Assembly (NCBI RefSeq): GCF_006345805.1
Contig: NC_042999.1
Coordinates: forward strand, 19,282,001-19,346,000
Direction: 5' to 3'
Source: Octopus sinensis
Taxonomy: Eukaryota
DNA: 64,000 nucleotides
Shown: in pieces, positions 23,691 through 36,854 of the stretch
Layout of the letters: the number at the start of each line of letters is the position of its first letter
Position numbering within the stretch: the stretch's first letter is position 1
The notes under the pieces: model-generated
Told to the model about the DNA's origin: nothing
The model's database searches: none
The model's input: the letters and a program-made list of their open reading frames with translations, nothing else
Position numbers and translations under genes: made by a program

Positions 23691-24069
23691 CGGAAAAGCA
23701 CAGAAACTGAATTAAAGATAGCGTGTTTCGATTTTTTGCCAACGACATTCTCAAAATCTGCAACCTTGCAGCTATGCTACAAATCATTATCATATATGTT
23801 ATTGGCATAATAAAGCGTCAATGCTCGCCGGAAGTCATTTTTATATTTAACAGTGAATCCTATAGTTTTATGATAGTCAAGATGGAGGTGCGAATAACAT
23901 GAATAGATTACTGGGCGGTATTCATGTTTTGCATGCAAATTCTTTTTTAAGTACTTCATTTTTTTTCCATGCATAGCTTTTTATTTTTCCCTCCTTGGGC
24001 AATCAGCTTGCAAAAGAAACTTAGTTTTTTCTTTAATAAATTGGTTTTCCCATACCTTCCTTCAGCTGT

Positions 24070-24440
<371 letters not shown>

Positions 24441-24849
24441 ATGCTGTTGTGTATGTCGTTGTTGTTAGTCACGCCGTTTTCGGCTGTAGCCATTTTCTGA
24501 AGAGCAAGAGAGAGAGAGAGAGAAAAAAAGAGATAAAGCGAAAATGAAAACTGAGCATTGAGCCGGAAGAAATACCGCAAGCCATTTCATCCGACGCTCT
24601 AATGATTCTATGCATTCCTTATTTGGCTGTCATTGTCTTTTAAGGATGTGGCATGAGTTTTAAGGCAAATTTGCTGCTGTTCCAAGCAGGGCCAACAATC
24701 TCCATTGTCTCTTCATTCGTTTGTCAAGTCAAAGGCTTAAAATTATGCAGTCTAGTGATAGAAACCAGGTTTTTCGCTCTATTTCTGTTTCCTCTGTCTC
24801 TCTCTTACTCTCTCTCTCTCTCCCTCTCTTTCGTACACATTTTCTGGAG

Positions 24850-25355
24850 AGGAAGGTGAAAATATGAAGAAGAAAATGAGAAGGATGTGACATGAAGAAA
24901 TGAAGAAAAGGTGATAAAACAATACGGGAAGAAGAAAAGCAAAGAAAGGAGGTGGTGGTGGTGGTGGTGGTGGTGAAGAAGAAAAAGAGTATGAGAAAGC
25001 AGGAGGGGGAGGAGGAGAAGAAGAATAGTATGGGAAAGTGGGAGGGGGAGGAGAGAGAGAATGGGAATGTAGGAGAAGAAGAATAAGGAGGAGGAGGGGG
25101 AGGAGGAAGAAGAGGAGGAGAAGAAGAAGAGCACAGGGAACGTAGGAGAAGAAGAAGAAGAAGTAGAAGAAGAAGAAGAGCAGAGAAACGGAGTAGGAGA
25201 AGAAGAAGAAGAAGAAGAAGAAGAAGAAGAAGGAGGAGAAGAAGAAGGAGGAGAAGAAGAAGAAGAAGAAGAAGAAGAAGAAGACGGAGAGCATGGGAAA
25301 GTAGGAGGTGGGGAAGAAGAATATGATGAACAACGACGACAACAACAACAAAAGT
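24850..25355. repeat. Purine-rich (GAA/GGA/GGT)n low-complexity tract
   Basis: Seen directly. Confidence 0.95.
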
Positions 25356-26383
25356 AACAAGAAATATTCAAAAGTGATTTACTTCACCTGGGCTTAAATA
25401 ATATTCCTTTCTCTTCGTATTATTCATGACATCAAAGTTTGTATCTTATGTTGATGAATGTTATTCATTCTCTTTCAATTCATAAAATTAACATCGTTGT
25501 ATCCACAGTCTTATCACAAGTAACTAAATGTTGGGGCTTGGATAGACAAGAAGAAAAGCCACAGAAGTACCGAACTTCAGTCCACATCCGTTTCGTGTTC
25601 CAACCCCTAATAGTTTGAGACTTCCTTCGTAGACGATCCTTCAACTGCCGCCGACGAAAGTAGCTTGCCGTCACCTTTTTAAAAGCTTCCGGCTATTATA
25701 AAGCGAAGCTTCTTCGTTGCTTTGGTCGAATTTCAATTACAATGATTTGTAGAAATGCCGCCAGCATTATGGCTTGTATTTAGAATTACTTAGACTTCTG
25801 TAACGTACATTAATTGAAAGTATAATGAATACTACTCAACTAAATTATTAAACACAAATATATCTATAAACAAAATAAAACACTTCGTCGGGGGGAAAAT
25901 GGACAGAAAAATGTAAGCAAAATTGATACATAAAAGAATTAGGTATTTGCAATTACAGCTCTGAACGACCACCCACAAATACATATTCGACTAATGTGTT
26001 CGTGACATATACCGTGAGGCTTTGCTATCAGACACTAATGTCGCTAAGTAATTATATATTCGGCGTTGCATGCAGATATTAACGACAGTTTCTATTCATT
26101 TTTTTATGTTTTGTTTTGTTTTAATAAATCTGTCTGGCTGATACGACATAAACGATAAAACAGTAGAATTTAACATTATACGTAACATTTTGTATAATGT
26201 GTGATCTAACGTAAGAAAGTAGCTCTCAACACGTTTACTTAGAGTTATATATATTCGATAACCGTTTGATTTCGCTCCACATTATTTGAAATTTCCTAAC
26301 CGTAGGACATGTCCAGTTCATGAGATGTTCCGACGCAGACCGACACCGCCCTCTTTCGTGCTTGCTTGATCGTATATTATTTA

Positions 26384-26730
26384 GTGTGGAGGCGCAATGG
26401 CCCATTGGTTAGGGCAGCGGACTCGCGGTCATAGGATCGCGGTTTCGATTCCCAGACCGGGCGTTGTGAGTGTTTATTGAGCGAAAACACCTAAAGCTCC
26501 ACGAGGCTCCGGCAGGGATGGTGGTGATCCCTGCTGTACTCTTTCACCACAACTTTCTCTCACTCTTACTTCCTGTTTATGTTGTACCTGTATTTCAAAG
26601 GGCCGGCCTTGTCACTCTCTGTGTCACGCTGAATATCCCCGAGAACTACGTTAAGGGTACACGTGTCTGTGGAGTGCTCAGCCACTTACACGTTAATTTC
26701 ACGAGCAGGCTGTTCCGTCGTCGTAACAGA
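26384..26730 (+). mobile_element. SINE family D (tRNA-like head)
   Basis: ggcgcaatggcccattggttagggcagcggactcgcggtc..ggtttcgattccc A and B boxes followed by a non-tRNA body. Confidence 0.8.
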
Positions 26731-26754
26731 CGGAGTGCTTCCATTATTTAGTGT

Positions 26755-26980
26755 TTTAAGGCGGTGACCTATCAAACACATTAGCACGCCGGGAAAAATT
26801 GCTTAACGGCATTTCGTCCGTCTTTACGTTCTGAGTTCAAATTCTGCCAAGGTTAACTCTGCTTTTCATCCTTCCAGGATCGCAAAATTAAGTACCAGTT
26901 AAACACTGGGATTGGTGTAATCGATTCCTCCCCTACCCCAAAATTGCTGCCCTTGAGGCAAAATTTGAAACCATTTATTA
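26755..26980 (+). mobile_element. SINE B (B3 tail)
   Basis: Diverged head and core; caaaattgctgcccttgaggcaaaatttgaaacc tail. Confidence 0.75.
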
Positions 26981-27192
26981 TTATAATGTAATGAAAACTC
27001 ACAGCTTATTTTGCTGGGTGTGATGGGAAGTGTCAGCTGTACTCCGTCTGCAGACTAAGGTGACACTTGTTTACTGGTCATGCTTCAAGAACCCTACGAA
27101 GAATTATTGCAGTTCCAAGCAATGCTGATTTTCTTTTGTAGGTGTTCTACCTTCATACTTGTATCAATATTATTATTATTACTATTATTATT

Positions 27193-27732
27193 AGTCAGAA
27201 GTTTTATTTTTATAGCGTACTTTCACTTCACTACCGAGCGCAGCTCTTTGTACCTTGGGTATGTGCTGAGGTTTGCTGTGATGCTCTGATGGTTACTGTA
27301 TGGAAAGTGTTCTGCGTAGGATGTGTGCAGTGCCCAGTAGTGCAATTTTCTGTATGTTGTATATATTTGTAAGTCCTGGTGTTTTTGTTATGTATTTATC
27401 TGAATACTTTTTTATCATACCTAATGCGCCTACTATGATAAGAATTGTTTCTGTTTTTAGATTCCACATTCGAGTTACTTCTATTTCCAGGTCTTTGTAT
27501 TTTGAAAGTTTTTTTCTTTTAGAGACACGTTGAAAGTTTCTCCATTTCTTCATGATCTCTGACAACTATATCTGGTCTGTTGGCCTTAATTTATCTATCT
27601 GTATGCATTGGTATATCTCAGAGTATGGTTGCTTTCTCGTTTTCTGTGACCTTTTCTGGCATGTGCTTATACCATCTCTTTTTCTGTTCTTATTCCATAG
27701 TGCTGGCATAGCTTCCAGTGTGTTTCCAGTGT
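27193..27732 (-). mobile_element. R4/Dong-type RLE LINE 3' fragment in (TAA)n
   Basis: HWKLCQHYGI..IKANRPDIVVRDHEE..KLSKYKDLEIEVTRMWNLKTETI.IIVGALG..QKIALLGTAHILRRTLSIQ*; (ATT)n on both sides. Confidence 0.9.
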
Positions 27733-27742
27733 ATTATTATTA

Positions 27743-27781
<39 letters not shown>

Positions 27782-27782
<1 letters not shown>

Positions 27783-28000
27783 ATCGGCGTGCTAGCAGAA
27801 TCGTTACCACGCTGAACGAAATTTTATCGGTATTTCGTCTGTTTTCACGTTCAGAGGTCAAATGTCACCGGGGTCGTCTTTATCTTTCATCCTTTCGGGG
27901 GTCAATAAATTAAGTACCAGTTGAACACTGGGGTCAATGTAATTGAGTTACCCCCTCCTCCGAAATTGTTGTCCTGTTGCCAAAATTTCAAGTCATAATT
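27782..28000 (+). mobile_element. SINE B (B3 tail)
   Basis: Head, core and tail, diverged. Confidence 0.75.
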
Positions 28001-28309
28001 TAGTATTTTTCTTCTTTGTTTCTCAAACAATATGGTGTTATTTAAAGAAAATTTGGTAGCTGTTTCTAGCAGATGACATAATAACAGCTCGTTCGTTGGT
28101 TCATATTTACTAATCTTCTTAAGAGAGGAAAATGAAAGTTTACCATCACACAATCTAATTATAATTCTCTTTATAAATAAATCCTCCAGAGAGCTTTCAG
28201 CCCTTTGTAGCAGATCTTTACAATCATTCACATCGAATCGTAAGATATAATATTATACGAATTGTGTTTGAATTATGTTGAACAATTAAAAAGTCTATAA
28301 AAGCACGTA

Positions 28310-28321
28310 GTAACAGTAGTG

Positions 28322-28365
<44 letters not shown>

Positions 28366-28662
28366 GGTGGTGGTGGTGGTGGTGGTGGTGGTGGTGGTGG
28401 TGGTGGTGGTGGTGGTGGATGGTGGTGGTGGTGATTGTGGTGGTGGTGATGGTGGTGGTGGTGATTGTGGTGGTGGTGATGGTGGTGGTGGTGGTAGTAG
28501 TAGTAGTGGTAGTAGTAGTAGTAGTAGTATTAGTAGTAGTAGTTGTAGTAGTAGTAGTAATAGTAGTAGTGGTGGTGGTGGTGGTGGTGGTGGTGGTGGC
28601 AGCGGCGGCGGCGGCAGTAGTAGTAGTAGTGATAGTGGTGGTGGTGGTGGTGGTGGTGGTGA
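28310..28662. repeat. Compound (GTA)/(GGT)/(GGC) microsatellite
   Basis: Seen directly. Confidence 0.97.
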
Positions 28663-29099
28663 ATCTGGTGTTTTTGCAAGAAATGATAAGAAGTGTTCGA
28701 AGATTGGTAATTCATTACCCTAAAGTAAAACGAATTACCAATCTTTTATAAATTTTGGTCAATTACCATAATGAAGGGTTCATATAAGAAGCACAAGCAA
28801 AGTTATGATTAAGCCCAGAGGGGGATTATCATTTCTAATATCCAACAAATGGTATTTTGGCAATTGTGCAATCTACAAAGTGATGGAAGGAAAGATAAAG
28901 TTCCATCATTAATAATAAGATCTCAGAGAATACACTGTGTAACGAGAGCAGAGCTTCTTATTGTCAATATCATAATTATTGCTTTGAATTCAACTGGTTA
29001 TTAAAATTGCATTATGGTTAAGACGTTTGTTTTGAAGTCACGAAGTTTCGGCTTCAAATACACTCTGTAGTATTTTGAACGAGTTTATTTTACCATACC

Positions 29100-29288
29100 T
29101 ATTTCTTTACTACCCACAAGGGGCTAAACACAGAGGAGACACACAAGGACAGACAGACGGATTAAGTCGATTATATCGACCCCAGTGTGTAACTGGTACC
29201 TAATTTATCGACCCCGAAAGGATGAAAGGCAAAGTCGACCTCGGCGGAATTTGAACTCTGAACGTAGCAGCAGACGAAATACCGCTAT
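29100..29288 (-). mobile_element. 5'-truncated SINE B1 with TSD
   Basis: About 16-bp TSD tttattttaccatacc on both sides; 5' end at gcggtatttcgtc. Confidence 0.88.
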
Positions 29289-29329
29289 TTATTTTACCAT
29301 ACCGTGAAATACGCTAAAGCTTTGTTGTT

Positions 29330-29675
29330 GAAATTCAGTGTATGGGTGCAGTGTATAGAGCGTCCCCAAAGTCCATCCCCTCCTCACCGCGGTGGATACG
29401 CTGGCATCAGGTAGTGTCAGAGATATGCCGTCGGGAACTTCGGTTCCTGGTAGGGCCACCCAAGGCGGATTGATCTGACACCGAGTGGTATTAGGGCCAC
29501 AACCCGGCTGACGGGGCTCTGGAGAAAATCCTCGGAATGTCTGTTTCGGCAACCGGCGGCTCCTCGGTCGTTCTGTCCCTGCGTCTGCGGACAATCTGCG
29601 GCTGACAGGATGTCTCTACATGCGGGATTGTTGGGGACCGCTTGTGAAAATCATATTCCCACGAAACTTCTTCCA
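29330..29675 (-). mobile_element. Probable RTE 5'-UTR-like fragment
   Basis: gggtggccctaccaggaaccgaagttcccgacggcata resembles a recalled RTE 5' motif; GC-rich island. Confidence 0.45.
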
Positions 29676-29762
29676 CTGCCATGGTTCGAGATGCCTCGAG
29701 AGTGGTAGAAGAAGCCGACTCAACCCGCCCAGGGTGAATGTCGCCACAAGTACAAGTAAGTG
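29676..29762 (+). mobile_element. Extreme 3' end of RTE (same family as 6270-6712)
   Basis: AMVRDASRVVEEADSTRPG* then caagtacaagtaag. Confidence 0.8.
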
Positions 29763-29804
29763 TATAGGGCCGCGATGCACGGTTCCTGCTGGGGTTGGTG
29801 GCAG

Positions 29805-30330
29805 AATTACTCTGTCGGTCGTCATGTTTAGCATCTCCTCCTGAATACTGGATGCTGGTTGACTCTAATGCAGTTCAGGGTGGATTGGCTAAATTGTATA
29901 TATTGGATAGACTGTCTTTCACTGTTTGTTCCGGATCTCTGCATTTTCAGTTCAAATCCTGCCAATAATTACTCTGCTGTCATGTTTAGCATCTCCTCCT
30001 GAATAGTGGATGCTGGTTGACTTTAATGCGGTTCAGGGTGGATTGGCTAAATCGTATGTATTGGATAGACTGTCTTTCAGTGTTTGTTGGATGTTGGTTG
30101 ACTTTAATGCAGCTGGTCGGCGTTTGTGAGAGATGCAGCATTGAGGATTAATGAAGCCAGTTCAACCCACCCCGGGTGAATGCTGTCTCAAGACAAGAAG
30201 AAGACAAGGTGGATTGGCTAAATCGTATCTATTGGATAGACTGTCTTTCAGTGTTTGTTCCGGATCTCTGCACTTTCAGTTCAAATCCTGGCAAGATCAG
30301 CTTTGCTTCGCGATCGATAAGAACGAAATT
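29805..30330 (+). repeat. Partial triplication of a roughly 165-bp SINE-head-like unit, interrupted by an RTE 3' end (30110-30208)
   Basis: ggtggattggctaaat..tagactgtctttca occurs three times; WSAFVRDAA..EASSTHPG* insert. Confidence 0.75.
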
Positions 30331-30639
30331 AGCATCCCAGAGCTGTAGACCGATGCTTTACTAAAGATTCGGGTGGTATGTATTCCGGTTCGGTACATTC
30401 AAACTTCAAATTCAGTGCAGTCATTGTAAAATATCGACACTTCCCTCAGGAACTGAGACCTACAGAATCTAAAAGCAAACAAAGGAAACGGTTTTCGTGC
30501 ATGGATTGGAAGAGCGACTGGCGAAACCAAAACCTTCACTCCTACCACTAACAACAACATAGTACACACACTGTTACATTGTATTGCGTTTACAAGATTT
30601 ACATTTTTGCAAGCATCACTTACAATATTTTAATATATA

Positions 30640-31053
30640 TATATTTCTTTATTGCCCCCAGGGGGCTAAACATAGAGGGGACAAACAAGGACAGACAAAG
30701 GGATTAAGTCGATTACATCGATCCCAGTGCGTAACTGGTACTTATTTAATCGACCCCGAAAAGATAAAAGGTGAAGTCAACCTCGGCGGAATTTGAACTT
30801 AGAACGTAACGGCAGACGAAATACCTATTTCTATTTCTTTACTACCCACAAGGGGCTAAACACAGAGGGGACGAACAAGGACAGACTCACGATTAAGTCG
30901 ATTACATCGACCCCAGTGCGTAGCTGGTACTTATTTAATCGACCCCCGAAAGTATGAAAGGCAAAGTCGACCTCGGCGGAATTTGAACTCAGAACATAAC
31001 GGCAGACTACGCATTTCGCCCGGCGTGCTAACGTTTCTGCCAGCTCGCCGCCT
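30640..31053 (-). mobile_element. SINE B1 dimer with 24-bp TSD
   Basis: TSD atcacttacaatattttaatatat at 30615-30638 and 31055-31078. Confidence 0.92.
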
Positions 31054-31227
31054 TATCACTTACAATATTTTAATATATTCTCTGACAAGATGTTACATTG
31101 CTCATGGAAATAATAGAGATACTTTTTCTTCGTTGAAGTCGTTGGCGCTAGATTTATTTCTGAAGCGCATTACATGTAATAATCGTTTTTACTATATGCC
31201 ATCTCAACTGGAACAAAACTCCGCTTA

Positions 31228-31680
31228 TTTAGTTCAGATGTAAAAATCTGTGCTTTTGTATGGCCCTGAAACATGGAGAGCCACCTGCAGCAAATACAAG
31301 AAGATCCAGAACTTCATCAACAAATGTCTTCGGCAGATCCTCCATCTGAAGTGGTTCGACAGAATGCCAAACACCGACCTGTGGGAAAGGGCCAACCAGG
31401 AGCCTATACATGTTCAGACTAGACAAAAGAAAGGGAGATGGATCGGACACACACTGCGGAAAGAACCCTCAAATATGACACAAGAAATTGACTGAAACCT
31501 GCAGGGGAAAAAAAAAGGAAGCGAGGACGCCCGAAGCAGACATGGAAGCGGATCATTTTGGACGAGCTCAGGACCACCGGCCTGACATGGGAAGCGGCCA
31601 AGAAACACGCCAATGACCGCAAAAAGTGGAAAACAACTGTTGAGGCCCTATGCTCCACAAGGGGCAAAAAGGATTAAGGA
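31228..31680 (+). mobile_element. RTE-clade LINE 3' end (second family)
   Basis: LLYGPETWR..INKCLRQIL..LWERANQEP..RWIGHTLRKEP..KRKRGRPKQTWKR..ALCSTRGKKD*. Confidence 0.9.
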
Positions 31681-31689
31681 GACGAAGAG

Positions 31690-31890
31690 GCACAAAGCCT
31701 GAAACTTTGGGCCGGGTGGCTAGGCGATTACATCAACCCTAGAGTTCAACTGGTACTTATTTCATCGACCCTGAAAGGATGAAAAACAAAGTCGTCTTCA
31801 GCGGAATTTAAGCTCAGAACGTAAAGACGGACGAAATGTTGCTAAGCAATTTGCCCGGCGAGCTAACGATTCTGCCAGCTCACCGCTTGG
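31690..31890 (-). mobile_element. SINE B, diverged
   Basis: Reverse head and core. Confidence 0.75.
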
Positions 31891-34106
31891 CCTTAAATGT
31901 AATGATGCTAAGTAGTATTGTTGACTGGGCTTGTGTATTTTAAAGATTTTAAAGTTTTATTTATGTTCTGTCATGACCGTTTTCAGATATCCAACTAAAC
32001 TGTTGTCACACGTGTTTTTATGGTATTGGCGTTTAATCGTCCGACAAACATTTACGTGGTGACAATTTCGTCTGTTCTTCCCTAACCCGTTATATATATA
32101 TATATATATATATATATTCAGTACTGTAATACTTCTCAATTACATTCACACATTACACATTTTACGACAAAATTTTGAAAGGTTTATGGAAATTTGGCTG
32201 CTTAATCTTGTAGATTGTCCAATCGCATAAATGGCCCCTTTTAACTAGATTGTTTATTGCTTATTTATGGCTACGTTGCTATATTTTATAATACCGCGTT
32301 TCAAATACCACTCTAACAGAATGTATTGGAATCTGGGGCAGTCGCATTTCTCGGTGTGTTTAACAAGGATCAATGATATTGATTTGTTAACGTTATGGCT
32401 TATCGTTTCTACAGAAAAGGATTGAAACTGTAACATCAGTAACTGATATAATGTCCACTGCTCCGAATTTTACAAAGAAAACATTTATTTGTTACTCAGC
32501 GTAACTTCAGACTTGACAGTGAGATAGTTTTATTTATTTCCAAATGCTTTTCTTTCTATTTGCGCTATCGACCTGCAGTTGCAGTTTCGGAGATTGACGG
32601 AAAGAATATAAGATAACATAACGTTTGAAGAATTGTGGTAAATCTCACACACCAATGATCCAATAACTCGTCTATTTCTTTTTGCCACCAGCTCGAAAGT
32701 TTACTTGCCGTTTGTATTAGTTTTTATTGTATCTGTTCTGAAATAAATATAATACCTCCGGGTGTTGTTCGGAGATAATATAGTGCTTATTTCTGTTAGG
32801 TGTGTTTTAAGAAATTTCTTTTTCCTTTTCTTAATAAAAAATATGTTTGAAGATTTAAAAATTGGTATTAATTTCGTGAAAGCATAAAAATAACATTTTT
32901 TTGGTGTCCTTTATGCAAATGATTGATAACAAAATAGTTCTGTGAATCAAATACCGAGTCTTTAGAAATTAGACTATGATATACTCACAGCAAAAACATT
33001 TTGATTTTCAAAAATCAAACGTTTGTCTTTCTCTATACTACACTGTTTATTTGCGTTGCGATCACTGTGCTACTAGTAAACAGAAGAACGAAAGAAACAA
33101 AACACTTGACCACTATTATCAATGGTCAATCTTTCTTTCTATCAGTCTGTCTCTCTGGCTTTCTCTCAACCCTTCTCTTACATGTATATCTGGTGAAAGA
33201 TGCGGTTACGTAATTGATGAACAAATCTCATTATAGAATAGAAACGAAATTAGCTTATCTATTTTTGCTGTGTCCACAAATATAGTGTATAATGAAAAGT
33301 GATTGCGTCCGACTAAACAAGTAATACTGGCTCCAAAAAATCCATAGAAATGTATGTTAATATATTGTATAATATAAACACAGTACTGTTAACTCTTAAT
33401 ATATACAAAATTCTCTATACAGATTCCTTATAACAATACTGGTATTCAGTTGATAAGCAATGCCTTCCTGAATAATTGAGAATGGTACACAAGATCTCAT
33501 GTACAGTACTGAAATTTCAGGTATTTTATATTCGCGATAATATTGTATGTCAATACACAAATGTAGGACCAAAATCTATTACATATAATCCGCCAGATAG
33601 TTGGTTATTGAATCGAGACGTTGCCAATCCATAAGAAGTATATAATACTTCTTATAAATGCACATATTTTACTGAGTAAATGTGTGCATTTCTGTTGCAG
33701 GTTAGAATTGAGGAATTCATAAGGTTTCACCGGCTCCGTGAGGGGAAGAGTTAGGTTTGTCTTTGTATGGAGTCTGATGAACTGTCCACAAGGATGCGGC
33801 TTTCGTGGATGCAAAACCAAGAGCAGATTTTAACTTTAGTGATTTAATGTTTCACAGCTCTATTCTTTATATATATGTATGTATGCATGCTTGCATGTAT
33901 GAATGTATGTATGTATGTATGTATGTATGTATGTATGTATGTATGTATGTATGTATGTACCTACGTATTTATAGTCATGCTGAATAAGAGAGGCCGTATT
34001 ATTTCAAAGTAGAACTTTGTTTATTATACAGAGGGCAGATAATACTTGAACTCCTAATACTCTGAGATATTCATTTTGCATTCAGTTAAATATGTATATA
34101 TATATA

Positions 34107-34162
<56 letters not shown>

Positions 34163-34165
<3 letters not shown>

Positions 34166-34468
34166 AGACCCCCTTCGGTGACGACACTGACCATGGGATT
34201 GCACCTTGAAAGTTACCCTCCCAGGCACAAATCCGGGCAAGGTTGTTTATGGAAGACCAGCCTCCCCTCTCCACGCCACCAGTGTTATCCAAGGGAAAGG
34301 CAAGGGCCGATCCAGCGTAGCACATGTGATGTCGCAACTCAATTAACTGGAGCAACATGAATTAAAGTGTCTTGCTCAAGAACACAACAGGCAGCCCGGT
34401 TCGGGATTCGAGCTCACAACCTCACGATCGTAAATTCGACGCTCTAACCACTGGGCCATGTGCCTTCG
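34163..34468 (-). mobile_element. SINE family C between (AT)n tracts
   Basis: Reverse copy of 18121-18446. Confidence 0.85.
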
Positions 34469-34500
34469 TTATCAATCTCTCTCTCACTCTCTCCTCTCTC

Positions 34501-34628
<128 letters not shown>

Positions 34629-34630
34629 TA

Positions 34631-34681
<51 letters not shown>

Positions 34682-34690
34682 ATATATATG

Positions 34691-34856
34691 TAGGCGCAGG
34701 CATGACTGTGTGGTAAGAAACTTGCTTCCCAGCCACATGGTTCCGTGTTCAGTCCCACAGCGTGGAACCTTGGTCAAGTGTCGTCTACTACAGCCTCGGA
34801 TCGAATAAAGACTTTTGAGTGGATTTGGTAGACGTACACTGAAATGAGTCTGTCGA

Positions 34857-34918
<62 letters not shown>

Positions 34919-35128
34919 TTTGTGTGTGTGCCCCCACCATCGCTTGGCAACCGATGTTGGTGTGTATACAACCCGTCACGACGCGGTTCGGCAAAAAAGA
35001 CCGATATAATAAGTACTAGTCTTACAAAGTATAAGTCCTGGGCGGAAGGCGATTTCTTCGACTAAAGACAGTACTCCTCCAGCATGGCCGCAGTCAGATG
35101 ACTGAAACAAGTAAAAGAATAAAAGAAT
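34691..35128 (+). mobile_element. SINE family A
   Basis: Full copy with (TG)n. Confidence 0.88.
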
Positions 35129-35264
35129 ATCAGTAACAAACGAAAACCATCCTTGTGTGGTGATGCATGATATGATAATATCAGTCGCTACTGGTGTCTG
35201 GTACAATTAAACTGTGATTGAAAGAGTCACTGATATTGCAATTATATATATATATATATATATA

Positions 35265-35652
35265 ACTAGCAGTATCGCCCGGCGTTGCTCGGGTTTGTAA
35301 GGGAAATAACTATATAAGCATTTTTAGAGATGTAAATTATAATAGCCATCTCAATATGGCTAACCACAAAGGAGGGGTGTTACTGTAGCTTTTTTACGTT
35401 CTGAGATTTAATAATAAATTTTTAGAGAGTTACTTCCCTTATATATGCCAAAAATGCATTAAAAATGGAAAAAATTATTTTAAAAATCGTAGACTCATCG
35501 TAGACGCGCGCTAATACCCAGAAGGCCTCGATATGAATCACGACTATAAGATACCCGCTTCTGGTTAAACTGCACCGCAAAATGTGGGAGTAGTTAGGAA
35601 TCTAAATCGTAGGAGACAGACAGCACACAACCTCACTTTTATATATAAAGAT
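35265..35652 (+). mobile_element. Helentron-associated (HINE/DINE-1-like) non-autonomous element
   Basis: actagc..cccggcgttgctcggg 5' hairpin; gacagacag near the 3' end; cttttatatataaagat terminus. Confidence 0.75.
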
Positions 35653-36114
35653 TTCAAAGGAGGCAATGCCATCGAAAAACTAGAGGAACATGACCTATTT
35701 TCTAATAGAACATTCAATATATTATGTGCACTTTCACTGGACATTAATAAATCAATATAAAGTTCCAGATAATACAGCTTTAGAACACACAAGTATATGA
35801 ACATATGAATATTTAATATTTAATAATACGCTAATATTTAAAAATAATTTTTTAAATATTTTAAAAATATTATAAATATATGAATACATAAATAGATATA
35901 CAAATAGATATAATATATATATATAAAACGTCGATATTAGATAAAACTCGTAGGTATTTAAAAATATTCAAAAATACTCATATATATATATACAGACAGG
36001 TAAAATATAGTACATCAACATAATATAAGACTTATTGAATTTATAATTCACACGATAATTAATTCGCACTATAAGGTACAAGGTAATAAAGATTCACAAA
36101 TTACTACACAGTAA

Positions 36115-36300
36115 TATGATAGATCGCTAGCCACTAAACCTTTTTTTATTTCCTCACACTGTTTATTTCTGTGTTCATTTCTGTCGAAGAGCGTAGGCTC
36201 GAAGTGTAAAAGACATTCTCACTTCCCGAGCGTTAAACATATACATCTGTTTGTTGTTTACACACCCGTCTTCGTCTTTAAATTTTTGTAAATTCTCACT
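36115..36300 (+). mobile_element. Penelope-like terminus, family H (degenerate HHR)
   Basis: atgatagatcgctagccacta..ctgtcgaagagcgtaggctcgaag shared with 50780-50935 and 63530-63650. Confidence 0.65.
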
Positions 36301-36854
36301 ATATATATGTGTATATATATATACATACATAATTCTTTGTCAGAAAGAGATAAAAAAAAATAAAAGGCTGTGAAGATTTTAGACCATTTATAAATAGATC
36401 TTACTCCTGTTTCCGGGACATTTTTCATATCTCATCATCGGAGACGGTGTGAGAAAATGGTTAAGCAATAGTTAATTTAGATAAGATATGAAATAGAGAG
36501 TGAAGTGGAGGAATGAAAATATATGTGAGATATGCAGGGATATAGCATTTGTAGCATTTGTACAAACTATAGAGTTTGTACAAAGTGGTATTGAATCGAG
36601 GGTTTATTTAAAGTGATCTAAAAGTAGGCAATTTAATGTTTTTTGTAAATATTCTAAAATCTTCGCAGACTTGTTTTTTTTAATCTCATTTTTTATATAT
36701 ACACATGCTGATATATGACGTACGTTGGACTCCTTATTCGCTTAATCACCGAACCTGGAACTTAACTATAGTCTGTCCATTGCCTGACACCTTTGGGTCA
36801 TACCTCTCATAAGCTATATACGTTTATATATGCGTTTATATATGCATACATATA

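Noticed and set aside
25570-25673. Possible minus-strand exon VTASYFRRRQLKDRL..
   Set aside because: Weak splice signals and no recognisable homology.
33770-33830. ctgatga string as a hammerhead core
   Set aside because: No GAAA, stem III or cleavage triplet in register.
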